Positions 10,123 to 23,281 of a DNA stretch of 64,000 nt are shown here, piece after piece. Position numbers and translations under genes: made by a program. Numbering within the stretch: position 1 is the stretch's first letter; the number at the start of each line of letters is the position of its first letter. Source of the DNA: Dimorphilus gyrociliatus (taxonomy: Eukaryota; Animalia; Annelida); contig CAJFCJ010000020.1 in the NCBI GenBank assembly GCA_904063045.1, forward strand, positions 364,916 to 428,915, read 5' to 3'. The notes beneath the pieces were generated by a model. It was given only the letters and a program-made list of their open reading frames with translations, made no database searches and was not told the DNA's origin.

Positions 10123-13100
10123 GGAAGAAAAACTTCTTCAGTGTTACAGATTGTGAAAATTACTATGAAAGGCATGTGAATAGGTACAAGCTCTTTTTTT
10201 TCTATTGTGTACAATAACAATAATTTTTAGCATTGCTCTTCTACCACTATTGTAGATGTGTATAAGCGGCAATTGATTTAATCATATATTTTAGCACGAT
10301 GATTTTAATATATTTCAATATTTAAAGGTTTTATTAAATTCGGTTTAAAGATTAGTAATATTGCTATTTTTTTGTATCAAACTGAACGAATTAACCCATC
10401 AGGAGTTGGCAAAACTCCCTCCCTTATTAGCAGAGCTTTACAATTTCCTTATCTAAGCTATGTGATCAATTTTAGGTGATAAATGATAAAAAATCTCGCT
10501 AGAGAATCCCATTTAGACTTTAAGAAATACATCAAAATGGAAATGAATCCATTAGCAAAATACTTTCGAAAAAAAGCGTGATAAAATCTCAAGCTAAAAA
10601 AGCAGCAAACATTAAAAGTAAGTCTGAAAAGAATTTATTGTCTCCTCATTGGAATTTTATATGGATAACAAAAGAACATTGAATGTCACATAGTCAGAAA
10701 AGGGCACTTTATTTCTACAAACTAACATCTAGTTGAAAGAAGAACTACACTACTTATATTTTGACTATTGTTTTTAGTAAAGAGAATACTCTATCATCTT
10801 TAGTTATTGACTTCTTCCTTGCTGTCAAAGTTCTTCTGAACAAGAGTTTTTAAATATGAAATAAAACTTATGCAATCATAACATGAGATAATAAAAGTGA
10901 TTTATATAATAAGTTTTCTTAACGAATAATCAGGTATCTTTCGGTAAAGAACCAAAATTACCGGATTATTCTTAGTTTATGCTTTAGCTCCACCTGGTGG
11001 ATTTTCAAGGTATACTAAAACAACATTGGACTATTTTAATTTCCTTTTCAACTGATGATAAGAAAGTTTGAATTTGTCCATAGACTAATTATATTGAGTA
11101 TGTTATCGGCTAAATTCGTATTTGTAAGAGTAATATTACATATTAGACTAATTTAATATAATATAATTATGATGATCAAAAGAAGTTTATCTCTAAATTT
11201 GAGTTATTTGTCCTTTAAAGGTCTAAAATATAGTGTCGATAAGATTCATAATTCAATAAGTAATATTCTTTTACTGCATTATTTTTGAGATCTAAAGATG
11301 AAATTTTCTATACACTTTCATATTCAAGTATAGATATCCAAAAGTCTTTACTTTGTACCATTAAAGAGATCGAAATGGTATACTTTAGCAATCTTTCTCA
11401 TCCTTCCTTCTAACGAAACAAAATGTATTTATATATATTTACATACACGGTATATGCAATATATATAGTACAGTATATATAAAGAGGAGGTACTGCAACT
11501 TCCAAATATAGAAGGTAGTAGAAAGCAAGTTTACTTAATCTAGCAATCTTCAGCCCAGTTATTCCAAAAAAAAACCATACCTGGTAATTATTATATAAAG
11601 GATTTTACAGGAAAATCGTCATTACTGTTGTACTGACAAATTAATTATTGTTTCCGAATACATCAAATTAAAATTCCACTTTTAGAAAGATTAAAATCAA
11701 TGTTTTAAAGACTCATTTTGCTGTCGCTAATCGTATAGCTTTTATAATCTAAATGCGTTCTTTTCTCGTTGAGAAATAATTAAAATCTGATAACTCTCTT
11801 AGGATATCTATTTCGAAAACAGTTTTCTTTACCATAGCTTTAATTGTTTTTTATCCTTGTCAACGAGTTCTTGATAAAAAAAGACTACTGCATTTCTGAT
11901 TGCAATGGTTAAATTGTAATTTTGATAGAAGAGGAGAAATTTAAAATAAGTGAAAAATTGTAATTATTTCTTTCCGACAATCTAAATGTAGTATATAAAA
12001 ATGTATTTTAAACTGATTAAGAGACATTTGATAGATGATTTTACTACGTAAAACGAAAAAGAAAGTCATATAACGAAAAGTTTTTAATAAGTAACAAAAT
12101 CATTTTAAGGCATTATTCTCTTTCCTTTCATAAAAACTATTCCATGAAGAGAATGCACGCTGATATACTTAGAAATTCTAGCAACAAGTTCAACACTCTA
12201 GGGATTTTTAAGTGCCAATCATTAATAACTATAACCACTGCAGTCACCATTCCGCAATTACGCTTCTTTATGATAAAAATATCGATTTCTATAGAAATAA
12301 TAGTAAAGTATAATAAGAGAGATATTACATTAAATATTCGTGTGCTCTTTGATTTCAAACCTTGATTTCAGGAGATTCGTCGCCTTTGTTCTTGCGCTGT
12401 TCTTCTTAGACACAAAAAGAGTTAATTAACTATCGTCTTATCTGCTGTTGAGGTAATTAATTACCATCATTGTGAGGTTTTCTATTGTAGTTATTTCACA
12501 AAATTAACTTTCATCGTATAGATATTAAGTCAATTTTTTTTCATGGCTATTGTAATTTTATAAACTATGTAAATAGTATTTTATAGGCTTATAAACTTTT
12601 AGCGAAGTTGATTACTTTAGACGCAATTCTTTATTATCTGTTATTTTGGATTGAAGACGAAATTAGTAAGTTTTTGTGAAGAATATTCACTGTTAATTAG
12701 TGCATAATATAAAATTATTGAGTTGTTTGCGTAAAATAGAAGCGGCTTAAATAGTTGAAAGATAATTATAGGACACATTCAAATTTTTACTCGATAAGTA
12801 ACTGGAATATTAGAAATAGAAAGAGTATAAAAAAATAAATACTTCCGTGTATGTCATGGTTAATTTTGCTTCTTGTTATTATTAATAAATGAACCGTTAT
12901 AATATAAATATGCATACTTTTCATTTAATTGAATATGACAGAGTAGTTATTTTATTAACAAAATCTAACTAGTCTATATTATTCTAAAAAATTAACCTAC
13001 TATGTTATGTTCTTATGAAGAGAATTATCATAAAGAATATATAGAATCTCTCCACTTCAAAAGTGGAGAAAAGAACTATCTTAATTGGATTTACTTAATA

Positions 13101-15237
13101 CTGAAATATTAGAAACAATGGTTAATGACAAATGACTGAAATACAATAATATTTACTTCCGAACTATAATTGATAGGTTATTTATAAATATAACATAGCA
13201 TTTAGTAGCTATTAGTGTTTGATATTTAATAGATATTTCTTGGAATACTCGTTATCGTTCATATATTCATTGTTCATTCCCTGAACACAAAGCAACTAGT
13301 TGCAGTAATTAACCTTTCAATTAATATTTGACGCAGTCAATAACAATTATTGGCATATAATGGCACAATTTTAGGTATCATTTATACGAAAAGTAGAGTA
13401 ATATATGATTATTCTCTTCACTTTTATAATTTATGTATGGTATGAAAAATTATTGGATAACAGGTAAAAGGTTTTAAATATTATAATACGTATGATAAAC
13501 CAACTCGACTGAATTATCAACCGTATTGTTACAGCTAACATATTAGATTTTTAAGATAATACATTATCATAAATATAATATAATGCAGAAGTAGCGTCAG
13601 ATTAAAGGTTTAATAATCTGAAAATTAATCTCTATCCCAACCTATATGAAAAATTGAAAACAGAGATAAACTAATTTTTGTTTTAATGAAGTAGTGTCCA
13701 TTTTTATTATCTTCTTCCCCTTTACAATATTAGTTTATTTTTCTCTACTCGTTCTGTCTTCCCCTCTTTAATATTATTTTTCTTCTCTTATCAAGCAGAA
13801 AGCTTTTTTTTTCATCTTTTTAACATTTTATTTATAAATTAATTGGTTTTATATAAATTATAAATAACAGTTTTTTATAGTCTGATAAAAAAAGTGCCAT
13901 TCTTTCCCAAAGTGTTTATTGTCTATTCTTAAATGTATACATGAATGATTAAAAAGTCAATAAAATATAATCAATATCTATTTCACTCAAAGCCATATCT
14001 GATATTTTTTCCCAATATTGATAACACGGTATGTATACTTATTATTATGACAGGTTCATATATAATATAGAATTATATAAAAGTATATATACTGTATACA
14101 TGTATATAAATTTATATGTATATATATACTGTATATATATATATATATATAAAGATATATATAGTGTGTGTTTATACTGTATTTAATATATGGATTCTTA
14201 AGTAATAGTTAAACATATGTTTATTTATAATACATACAAAAGATATCTTTAGCCCTTGGGTAGCATAAAAATTGACTATGTCTGGAAAAACCCATCATTT
14301 TTATACTCTACTCTCTAAATGTATATAAAAAGGAAAACAATAAGGGTACTTAGCACATGCATTTACTCTCCAACACAAAAAAAATTAATTAATATTATTG
14401 AAATGTTCTAAGAAAACACCTTGCGCTGAAGGAGAATAGCAAATATACAGTATATGTAGATATTGTATATAATATGCATATAGGAACGTTTCTGTACCGT
14501 GGTCTTTGATTTCCAAAACAGTTAAAAAAAGGATAGTCTAGAAAATCTTTAGGTAATGGATCAGAGAGGAGAATACAAATTTTTCCTTTTAGAACAAAGT
14601 CTCACCTGATTTTGACCTTGAAAGCAAACGAAGCAAACAACCTCCTTTGTCGTCACCATGGAATCCCCTACCTCTATAGTAATGTATATACATGTAGAAG
14701 AGAGTGTATATATTATGTGCTATACATTGTGTATACGTTAATTTAATCGAGGTGGCATAAACCATAAACAATGATGATTCTTTTTGTCTCTTTATAGTCA
14801 AGGTCATTAATGGAATATGCAAAATATATGCTCTACATTCAGTCAATATAATATATATTAAATATGTAGGTCAACGATTAGAGCGTTAAGGCTTTCTTCT
14901 TAAATAAAATTAACTGAAAAACGATAAATCCGTAAAAAAGAGTAGTTTTTACATAAGAATTACTTAATTTAAAAATATTAATTTATTAATTATTTCTTTT
15001 AAAAAGAAAACATAGCTTACAAAATAGACATTTGTCATAAATGGATATCATTCCCATTGCTTGTAACAATCAATACCTTACATAACTATTAACTGATTGC
15101 AGGTAATACTTGGATGACTAAGAAAACAATAAGAAATGTTCAATGTCTTCGTATAAGTAAAATTTAAGAAAAGTAAATATATTTATATATCTTTTTTATA
15201 TCTCTTATTCTTCGTATTCATATTTTTTTCTTTTGTT

Positions 15238-16008
15238 TCAAGCGTCCATTGCCAAGCAACAACATAAGGCTGCCCAACACCAGCTAAATAGTAAACAATC
15301 GGCTGCTGCTTGCTCATCAGCTGCTTTTCTAGCGGCCTCTTCATCTCTGACTATGTATCTATTAACAAAAAGGACGAATAATTCTCTTTCAATACACCCA
15401 CGCTTTGTCGTGTGTAATGTAATTGTCATAAAATAAACTATTCAGTGAAAAAAAAGTTAATAAATAGAATGTTTTTCATGCAGTTCGATGAAATACTTTT
15501 TAAAATTATCTACAGCTTCCTACAACATTACAATAATAGATTTATATAGAATAAAACGTTAACAAAGATCTATTTCTATATTGTATATATGCAAGAATAT
15601 GTTACAATTGAGATAATCTATTTCTAAATAGACTTTCAAAAGATAAACTTAAAAATATTCAGTATATTCAGGTAGATAATTGTTTAAAGATTAAAGATAA
15701 TTCACGATGATGAGGCAATATCTTGAAATAAATATTACTCGTATTAGAGATAAGAATTACTCTGGGAAAACTGCCTTTGAACATAATTTTACCAAAATGA
15801 AAATACTCCTTAAATAAGCTAATTAAACTTACACAGTTGTTGGTTCCTGTGGTCTTTGTAGATTTCCGTGTAGGTTGTAATTATGATGAGGGTAAGCTTG
15901 GTTGTATGGTGAATATACCGGCGCGTTTCCTTGTAAGGGCGGTGATGGATATTGGGGAGGGCTATAAGGTGGTGGATTGTCAGGTATAGGAGCTGAAGGG
16001 GTTGTCAT
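15238..16008 (-). CDS. CYSTM1: Cysteine-rich tail-anchored CYSTM-domain protein, 2 exons (16008-15833, 15358-15238), 98 aa
   Basis: Spliced product MTTPSAPIPDNPPPYSPPQYPSPPLQG...PQEPTTV|YIVRDEE...CLLFSWCWAALCCCLAMDA*. It has a Pro/Tyr/Gln-rich head and a Cys-rich C-terminal module, closely resembling human CYSTM1 as recalled (PQEPPKTTVYVV...CWTALCCCC). Phase-2 GTAAGT/AG junction. Confidence 0.88.
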
Positions 16009-17749
16009 CTAAATAAAAAGATGGTGGAAAACTATTTTTGAATAATAATATTTTCACTTCACGCAATTAAATATTCGTTTGAATAAAATAAATATAAATA
16101 TTGACATTCGTTTAGTAATTTTCCCCTTTTTCTTCTTTTTTCATTTTAAACATGTTTATAGATCTTCAAGATCATGTGTTAACATTTTATAAAGTATTCA
16201 TTATTCTATTATATAATTTTGAATAGTATTTATGATAAAAACAGATCATACGTAATGTGCGTCATAAAATTACCTTAAAAAATCAAAGTCATCGACTGGG
16301 ATTAACTATTACCGTAGCCGATAATCTAACGAGTAATATTTTTAGTAAAATAGAAAAAAACAAGCAAACACAAACCTTAATTTGTTTAATAATCCTCTTT
16401 ATATCAGAGTAAACTAGTTAATTTCTGTTTTGTTTTAAAAAAACCAACCAAAACAGCTGTTACTCAGAGCGGCAGATGGCGAATAATGTGGAACTTTAGC
16501 CCTTATAATGTTTATTGTCTCTGATAAGGTATCAATACGACTAATGAATCATTCCTGCTAAAATGGCATACAATTATTGATAAAAAAAAAACAAGATACG
16601 ATAAGGATTTCTTCTAAATTATTAAATGCAGTTGTAAGAAATATGAAGAAGTATACAATATAAAAATAAGGAGCAACTGCATTAAGAAGAATAAGAAACT
16701 TTATATACTGTATATATAAAAAAATAAGAGCAGAAGACAAAAAAAATTCTGTCTTGAACTCTTCTAGACAAAGAAAATATTCCATTTCATCAGATATATT
16801 TTCACTTTATTCGTGTATAAAAGCAATGAAAGGAAACTTTAAAAACTTTTCCGATATACAGTTTTATACAAGTATTGTATATATCATGTAGAAAACAAAT
16901 ATTTCAATATTAAACACGATTTGTTAACTTTTACATGCATTTTTTTGTTTACAATAATTAAAATTAAAATTAAAACACTAAGATTAAACAAATCCTTGAA
17001 TGTTGAATTAATCTGTGTATAAAGGATAATTAAAATTAGTCCAAATTTGAAAATAAGCATAAAAATACTTATTGTGGTGTTGTTGTGCTGTTTTTTTAAT
17101 GATTTCTAACATTTTTTTTAAGGTTTCAACTCTGTTTTTTTTTCTTTTTTCTGAAAAATTCATTGCTTGTAGATGGCGTTAATGAATATTTTATTAATTA
17201 CTGTTAAATCTGTCTTTATTAGTTAAAATGCAAGTATTGATATTTATATTTAACTTACTTTAACGAGTAACCTTTTAATTACTCGATAATAAGAATTTTA
17301 CAAATGTTAATACAAGCGAAAACTATCCGATATAAGAGTTTTCAGTTTGCAATAATATAAAAGGTAGAAAAAAAATCTGCCATCCGACTATTGTTGCTGT
17401 GGTGATGTAGAAGACACGAGGTGTCGCTTTGTCACAAACATATAAAGAGTGAATCCCTTCAACATTCTACGTTTACTCAGTTTTAACGGAAAACAGCAAA
17501 TTTTTTTATCTAAAAAAAGCCTAGCTTTTTATAGAGAGATAGTTTTTGTGATTTTTTTTGGCAAACCTGCAAAATACTCTACAAAGATTCAACAAAATAG
17601 TTTTTTAAATATTGTGAATGGACAATTAAAATAGAAGGAATTGAAATTACTGACGATTTTATTGTAAAAACAGAATAGCATATTTTCCTCTATCAATAAC
17701 AGTATATGATGCAGTTTTAGTACTAGTTTATAATTTGAAACTTCGTCAG

Positions 17750-20191
17750 CACGGCGTTTTTAGCAAGATTTAAGAAAAATGCGGTCGCTCCTTGGGACAC
17801 AGTTAGAGCCCTTCAAGATTTTAAACAGGTATTTCTCTGTTCCATATTTTTTCAAAAGGTTATAAATAAAAAACATCGTTCTATTATTCAATTAGAATAC
17901 TTGAGAAAAAATCTTATACAGAATATTCATTTAATGTAGTTTCAATACAGTTTTGCAGTAGAAATATAAATTATGTATCAAAAAATCTCATATACCTTTT
18001 GAAATTCAGTCAGTAAAATATCAAAGATTATATATATATAACATTTAAAGTAGCTACTTTATAGTAAGAGACAACTATCAAGATGATTTGCTTAATACAT
18101 ACATATAATATATATATATACATTATTTGTATATATTCGTATTGTTGTGCGTGTGTGTAATATTGTTTTTATTAAACTGTATTATAGGTAAATTACGGTT
18201 ATTTTTCCTCTACTATAGATATATTTAAATGCACAAATACTCAAGAAATATGTCGAGTATAGTAATATAATTGCAGTATATAATTCGAAATACCTTAGAA
18301 GCCTTCTAATAAATTAAATTAGCTATATTAGCTAGTCTTTCCTAAAACTTGGAATCTAAATTTTATATAAACCTTCGTATACGTTTACAATAGAAAACGT
18401 TATAAATATGTAAATCTATATATTTACATAGATATATTGTATGAACATAGTCTTTTATATTAAAAACTGAAAATTCAGATATATTAATTTTTTTGATAAG
18501 AAAAGAACTGAGAAAAAGGAAGGAATTGATCTGACGGTCAAATTAAAAATTTCGATTAATCTATACAATTATCTCAACATTAAATAAATAACTGTGCTGC
18601 AGAAATATCAATGAGAGCCATAGGCCTGATAATCGAACGCCCGTCTATAAAAGCAATTTTGTATCAATAACCAGCGACAGGTACAAGATTTAGTTTGGAT
18701 TATGTGTTTTCTAGACAATAGATATGTATATAAAAGCTTTTTGGAATGACATCGATCTTTGGATATAAAAAAATCCTGTATACAAGAAAGTATGTGTGCT
18801 GGAATCGAAATGATTGTCATCTATAAATTACTGTTAACCGTCTAAGGTTTTCATATAAAGCCCATGAAATGTATTATAGATTGTATATATGTTTAGTATA
18901 TATAACACAAAATATAATATGGAAACTTATTGATGTCCTTGATTATTATTTACTTTCAAAGGGGAAAAAGGGTGTTAAAATTTCTAATCAATTTTTTCCA
19001 CACAGGTAACAAAGACTTTATGCAATCAAACCGCTGCGCTTAATATGAGTCTGATGGGTGTCGAAAATTTGACGTCAACCATAGCCATGGAAAAAGTGCA
19101 CTCTAATAGAACTAAGTGCATTCAAACCTGTCAGCAGGCTCGAAAGCTTTTACCAGATTTAGGTTTAACAGAGATAGAGTAAGTTGTAAAGAAGCACCTC
19201 GCTTGTATGATGTGTATGTCAACAAATAGATATGTTTTATTTACTTATATGCTCTATAAATATTTCAATATATATATACTGCACTGTATTTAGTTTATAT
19301 ATACTTATGTAGTTTATGTATTTACAATGTATCAAACTAAAAAGACTATTCACCTTTCCTTACAGTCAAGATGAAAATGACACAGAGCAACTCACTTTAG
19401 CGTTAACAAAATTTGAAGATAATCTGGAATACTTACTCAAAGAATTTTCTATTGTTGTTTGTTTATCTACCGCCGTGCACAGAATAGGTATGTATTGTTT
19501 GTAATATTATACTGAGGAAATAATTAAATCTTATCTTCTATTTCTAAAAATCCAGAGCAAAATAGAGGTAAATTATCCGAAAATACTTTGGAGAAAAAAT
19601 TTGAAGCTGATGAAAATCTAAGAGATATTCAGCAATTAAAAGCCAAAGTACAAAGCGCCAAAACCGCTTTACATTGTCGACAGAAACCAGGTAAAGACTC
19701 TCTACAACATTCTTTTCTATATTTTACGATTTATCCTTATTTCCTTCTTTTGTAATACTCTTATACCTATCCCATATCTCCCCCTTTTACAATATCATTA
19801 CGTTCATATTATATATAATTCGGTTCCTTTTTCTCTCCTTCTACGCTTAATACCATCACATCACACTCTTTTTATGTTTTTTTTATCCTTTTTTCTAATT
19901 CTTCATCCTTTTTAAGTCTTTAAATGTCAAGCATCACATAGAAAAGGCGATTCTTTTTCTTTTCTTTTTTTTGGTTTCTATACCTATTTATCTAAATTTT
20001 TGTGTCTTTTTATTCTTTTTATTCTTTGTAGGTTACGTATTATACATAATTCTTTTTTTCGTACAGAAAATACAGATTTTCAGAGCGATGTGGATGCACC
20101 TTACAGGAAGCGCAATATAGGAAAATACGAGAGAAATCACATGTCTAGATCAAGAATATTTTGCTGTATGTGGAGGAGCGATTACATGTAA
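17750..20191 (+). CDS. RGS7BP: RGS7-binding protein (R7BP/RSBP-1)-like membrane anchor; exons ~17750-17828, 19006-19178, 19366-19487, 19556-19690, 20067-20191; start exon not located
   Basis: Phase-compatible exons give DTVRALQDFKQ|VTKTLCNQTAAL...MEKVHSNRTKCIQTCQQARKLL...FEDNLEYLLKEFSIVVCL...RDIQQLKAKV...PYRKR...RSRIFCCMWRSDYM*. This is colinear with recalled R7BP motifs ([56 protein letters not shown]; basic stretch plus C-terminal CC). Confidence 0.72.
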
Positions 20192-20326
20192 CAACACCTT
20201 TTAGGAAATATATACCATATATATAAATATATACAGTGAAATAAATAGTATATATATATATATACTATATATACACAAAAAATATAATATTGAAAAAAAG
20301 CGAAAGGAAAGAAAAGTTCAGCTTTC

Positions 20327-20731
20327 TTAACTTGTTTTGAATCTACCGATTTTTCTTACTTTTATACAATCTTCTAAAGGCCCATTGAATAATCTCCTGT
20401 AATATTCTTCTAATTCTGTCTTACTTCTTATATAGCTATTATATTTTCTAAAAGAATGAAAGTCAGTTCGAGAAGTCCATTTTCGATTCTTCTTTAACTC
20501 TTCATCATTTTCTGATATACGTCTATCGTTTCTTCTTTTCTCTAACAAAATCCGTGCTCTGAATAATAGATCATCCTTTCTTCTTTCAAAATGAGATCGC
20601 CATTCTTCATATTGCAGCCTCTGGTTGTCTAATTTTATTTTCTGTTCGTCTAGTGTATCCTGTAAGTTTTCAACAGTCGATAAATCCGACTCGGATTTAG
20701 AGAATTCGTCCATTATCAAAGGAAATTGTAT
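20327..20731 (-). CDS. Uncharacterised charged coiled-coil protein or exon (about 130 aa)
   Basis: Open frame rich in E/K/R/L heptads (LQDTLDEQKIKLDNQRLQYEEW). A phase-0 AG acceptor at 20733-20732 precedes it, and there is an in-frame ATG (MDEFSK). No family recognised. Confidence 0.55.
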   Translation of the reverse strand: MQFPLIMDEFSKSESDLSTVENLQDTLDEQKIKLDNQRLQYEEWRSHFERRKDDLLFRARILLEKRRNDRRISENDEELKKNRKWTSRTDFHSFRKYNSYIRSKTELEEYYRRLFNGPLEDCIKVRKIGRFKTS

Positions 20732-21152
20732 CTAAAATATTCTTATTGAAAGATAATCCTTTTTTAAATACATTCATATACAGAGTTTAAGATAAGACAA
20801 GAGAAAAGACTATCTAATCTCGGCTATCAAATAGATAGGAAATATTTTTGTTTGGCGAACGTCTGAGCTGCGGCGTTTCAAATCAATTTAACCAAGCTGA
20901 ACAAATTACTAGAAAAGCTATCGATAAAATTAAGCTGTAACGTAAACAGATTATTACTGAATTGAAAGGTAGGAGTGTAAAAAGATGAATGATTTACTGA
21001 AGAAAGTTTTTACTAAATATATTCCATTTTTATTCTTTATCTTTCTTATAAACGGAAACATTTTATTAATTTTCTAAAATATTCTATAATCTTTTCTTTC
21101 TTCCGTTTATTTTCCTCTTCTAATTAATTTTCCCCTAGTTGCTTTCAACCTA

Positions 21153-22047
21153 TTAAAATTCCGGTAAGCGGTAGAGAGAAGACTGTTTTTCATTTGAAAA
21201 AAAATACAATAAAACTAACGAATGAGTAAGGTACACAATGCTTACTCTTTTTGCCAAGGATGCTAGACAAACAATGACCTGTTGTAGATTCTGATTCTCG
21301 TATAAGTCAACAGACTATTATGGTTAAAAAAAGAAATTAGAAATCAATAGTAGTGAATTAATGGCTGAATAATAATACAAAAAAGAAGAAATTATTACAA
21401 ATATGTTGTATATTATCTCATAAATAAATGATTTAATAAATATACTGATTAGCTAGATGAAGAAGAACATGAATTAAACAAGGAATAATTAAGTATACTT
21501 CTACCATGAATAGCTCATAATCAGGTACACCAACCGATGTAGTTGTTTGGAGAAAATGACCAATTAATTCCATCTGCTTAAACGGCATATTTGCTTTTTC
21601 AATAACCTTCTCTGATATAATTTTTGGCTTAAAAGCATTAGCTAACCTTTTGAGGATACAATGTTTACTAAATACACTTATAAGCATAAAATATATTAAC
21701 AGGAGTAAGTACTCCCTTAAAAGATATTTATATACAAGTTTTTTCCTAACCTTGCCAAGATTCTTCCGTCTTTAAGTTGTCCGAACACGTCCGCCCTTTC
21801 TCCGCTAATCTTAAGGTCAACGCGCTGACCGGAAACATCAATACACGCTTTAATCCACTTCATACACCTTTCGGCAAGAACCTTATCGTATTTTGAATCA
21901 ATCTGTTGTTGAACAACAATAGAAAATCACCAGGAAAATTAAATAGTCTGTAACACTCTTTTTGACAAGAGAAAAGAGCCTTTTCTTTTTAGTAACCTTA
22001 GCAACTACTTCAGCATCTAATCCGCCTTTCTCTATTCTATTCGCCAT
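21153..22047 (-). CDS. Transgelin/myophilin/MP20-like calponin-homology protein, 5 exons (22047-21997, 21902-21751, 21646-21505, 21314-21246, 21182-21153), about 147 aa
   Basis: MANRIEKGGLDAEVVAK|IDSKYD...KWI...QLKDGRILARLAN...MPFKQMELIGHFL...GVP..ELFM|SVDLYENQNLQQVIVCL..L matches the type-3 CH domain of the transgelin/calponin family. Junctions are in phase. Confidence 0.88.
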
Positions 22048-22427
22048 AATATATTTTTTAAATTGCTAGATACGATAAAGATGCAGCCGTCTGAGAGACA
22101 CATGTAAAAGATTTAGAATTTTATACGTTTTGTTTTTTTAATGCAACAATAAATGAGAGGTGACGTGACTAATCACGATCGTGAGGGTATGATCCGAACT
22201 AGTCGCCATAAATTCCTTATAACGTAGACGATAGTTCGATCACGATTGCTTTCAATATATTAAAAGAGACGTCAATCAACTTCGCTTATCTTATCGATAT
22301 ACGTGACAAACTTTTCTTTTTCATTAATTAGCTAAATATTTATTCTTGGCGTTTTATCATTTAATATAAACAAAAGTTTCCAATAAGAACTGTATAAAAA
22401 GGCTCTTCTATCCTAATAAAGCTGAAA
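22048..22427. promoter_or_regulatory. Short divergent (possibly bidirectional) promoter region between the transgelin-like gene and the GPCR
   Basis: 380 bp between divergent ATGs, locally CpG-rich. CRE-like TGACGTGA at 22161-22168 and a perfect 12-bp palindrome TCACGATCGTGA at 22173-22184. Confidence 0.45.
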
Positions 22428-23229
22428 ATGTCTGTTATTCCACCACCGTCGTATTGTGCTAAAAGAGGTGATGAGGCACCTTGGCCAGGAGAAAAAGAAA
22501 GGGAAATTTTACAGAATATAACTAAGAATTTTGACTGTACTTTACCGGAATGTCAAAATCCTAGCTTACCTAACTGGGAAAAAGGTCTTAAAATAGCATT
22601 TTATATACCTGCAATGTTTCTTGCAGTGATTGGAAATTGGTTAGTACTGTTAATAGTCATAAAGAATAAGAAGATGAGAAATACTACTACTCTATACATA
22701 GTAAATTTAGCTATTAGTGATTTATTAATTGGTATGTTCGCAATGTGGATCCATCTTGGTGAAAATTTGTACAAGAAAAGCTTTTATCCCTTTGGTAGTT
22801 TTATCTGCAGAACTAATCAAGCCATTCAGAGTGCGTGCTTAGTTACTTTTTTCTTCTTTAACCTCCAATAGGTATTAGAAAGTTAATACGTAGTAGAGGT
22901 ACTCCTACTATATTTTTGCCCAAAACCACTAGGGTAATTATCAGATTACTAGTTCACGTTAAAAACGTAAATAGGATATATCTTATTTCATTATTAGAAG
23001 ACAATTTTCTTATTTAAAAACAAAATTGAAATAACATTGTAATGCATATATATTAGTCTTAATATATATATATATATATACAGTATACAGTATATATACA
23101 GTCTATATATACTGTATATTAGTATAAATGATATAATACTGTATTATTACTGTTTGAGTTTATATCTTTGGAATGAAAATAATTGGAGAGTACTATATAT
23201 ATAAATTACTTAAACATATGGAAAATTAG

Positions 23230-23281
<52 letters not shown>

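Noticed and set aside
10381-10480. GVGKT Walker-A-like peptide on the plus strand
   Set aside because: Incomplete P-loop (no leading G/A), short frame, no start or supporting exons; probably DUOX 3'UTR.
12137-12365. Overlapping plus and minus 73-aa ORFs
   Set aside because: No recognisable domain and no consistent splice partners; AT-rich chance ORFs. Mentioned only within the gene-free-interval finding.
14589-14680. Possible alternative last exon of CYSTM1 (VGRGFHGDDKGGCLLRLL...), phase-compatible
   Set aside because: Lacks the Cys cluster, and phase compatibility alone is a 1-in-3 chance; no other support.
18603-18680. Exon-like segment (NINESHRPDNRTPVYKSNFVSITSDR) inside the R7BP intron
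   Set aside because: Its open frame ends in phase 2, incompatible with the phase-0 flanking exons; inclusion in phase 0 gives stops.
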